From a virus, in IMG/VR virus record IMGVR_UViG_3300044712_000815, positions 64,001-128,000 of that record: a DNA stretch of 64,000 nucleotides; one strand, 5' to 3'. Under the pieces are notes generated by a model. It saw only the letters and a list, made by a program, of their open reading frames with translations, searched no databases and was not told the origin of the DNA. Shown here one piece after another: positions 63,166-64,000 of this stretch; the first letter of the stretch is position 1, and every line of letters starts with the position of its first letter. A program made the translations under genes and the position numbers.

Positions 63166-64000
63166 ATGACTAAAAACAAAGAAAAAGGTAAAATTTTTGT
63201 AATTGACACGTCTGTAATCCTTTATGATCATAATGCGATTTATAATTTTGAAGAACACGATGTTGCAATACCAATTACAGTATTAGAAGAATTGGATGAT
63301 TTTAAAAAAGGGAATGATACTATTAATTATGAAGCAAGAGAATTTATTAGAAACGTTGATAAACTTGCGGAAAATAATACATTAACTAATTGGATCGAAA
63401 TAAACGGAAATAAAGGTAAATTAAAAGTTATAATGACATCCGAAAATCCTACAATTGATGCAACTAAGATTTTTCAAGACAGAAAAGCAGATCACAGAAT
63501 TTTAAATTCTGCCATATCATTACAAAATGAATACCAAAATAAAAGTATTATTTTAGTATCAAAAGATGTTAATTTAAGATTAAAAGCAAAATCTTTAAAT
63601 TTAATTGCTGAAGATTATTTAACTGGGAAAGTTGAAGATACCGAAAATCTATTTACAGGGAAATTAATTATAGATGATGTCGATGAAAATGCAATATCAG
63701 AATTATATCAAAGTGGATTTTGTTCACCTGATAGTATTGGTCTTACAAAATTAGAAAGTAATTTATATTTAATATTAAAAAATGATAAATCATCAGCGTT
63801 AGCATATTATAATAAATTAACCAATAAAATAGAACGGGTCGATAAAAAAACTTGTTATAAAATTGCACCTAGAAATTCCGAACAAGCTTTTGCATTTCAT
63901 GCACTATTAAACGATGATGTAAAATTAATAACGCTTCAAGGTAAAGCCGGAACAGGAAAAACATTATTAGCACTTGCAGCAGCATTACAACAAAAGAAAA
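63166..64000 (+). CDS. phoH: PIN-PhoH protein (runs off the window)
   Basis: FVIDTSV..IPITVLEELD (PIN), PRNSEQ, GKAGTGKT Walker A. Confidence 0.9.
   Translation, partial: MTKNKEKGKIFVIDTSVILYDHNAIYNFEEHDVAIPITVLEELDDFKKGNDTINYEAREFIRNVDKLAENNTLTNWIEINGNKGKLKVIMTSENPTIDATKIFQDRKADHRILNSAISLQNEYQNKSIILVSKDVNLRLKAKSLNLIAEDYLTGKVEDTENLFTGKLIIDDVDENAISELYQSGFCSPDSIGLTKLESNLYLILKNDKSSALAYYNKLTNKIERVDKKTCYKIAPRNSEQAFAFHALLNDDVKLITLQGKAGTGKTLLALAAALQQKK

Noticed and set aside
1-64000. Stop-codon reassignment, as in some Bacteroidota jumbo phages
   Set aside because: Long conserved genes are intact in code 11, and TAA, TGA and TAG all end genes at sensible positions
1-64000. tRNA, rRNA or other structured RNA genes
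   Set aside because: None recognised by eye and intergenic gaps are short and AT-rich; a tRNAscan/Infernal run is still needed. The TnpB omegaRNA is expected but its limits could not be defined

Overview
This is a very AT-rich, densely coded segment of a T4-like (gp21/gp23/gp6/gp25/gp17-type) jumbo myophage, read in genetic code 11. The host is probably a Bacteroidota: two TTTG/GTTG-N19-20-TATCTTTG promoters are present and no obvious Shine-Dalgarno sites were seen. In order, the window holds: a probable portal tail, a protease-scaffold fusion and the major capsid protein (MCP); a nuclease fused to a Mom-like domain; a large glycosyltransferase/FkbM island interleaved with small ORFs; two mucin-like Thr-rich proteins; baseplate genes; a terminase large subunit fractured by an atypically split intein around a free-standing endonuclease; a divergent DnaK; many small hypothetical genes; a TnpB; two apparently frameshifted enzymes; and nadE, SPFH, DHFR and PIN-PhoH genes. 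The strongest candidates for something new are: (1) scattered small genes carrying fragments of head proteins (MCP, portal, possibly protease), which could be decoys or assembly poisons; (2) about 19 small proteins sharing an N-terminal peptide like the T4 capsid-targeting sequence, one of them ADP-ribosyltransferase-like; (3) a putative virion O-glycosylation system; (4) a repeated divergent RHH-pair cassette coupled to unrelated nucleases (GIY-YIG, TnpB); (5) the nuclease-Mom fusion; (6) the split intein with matching helical extensions. All family assignments come from motif recognition by eye, not from database searches.
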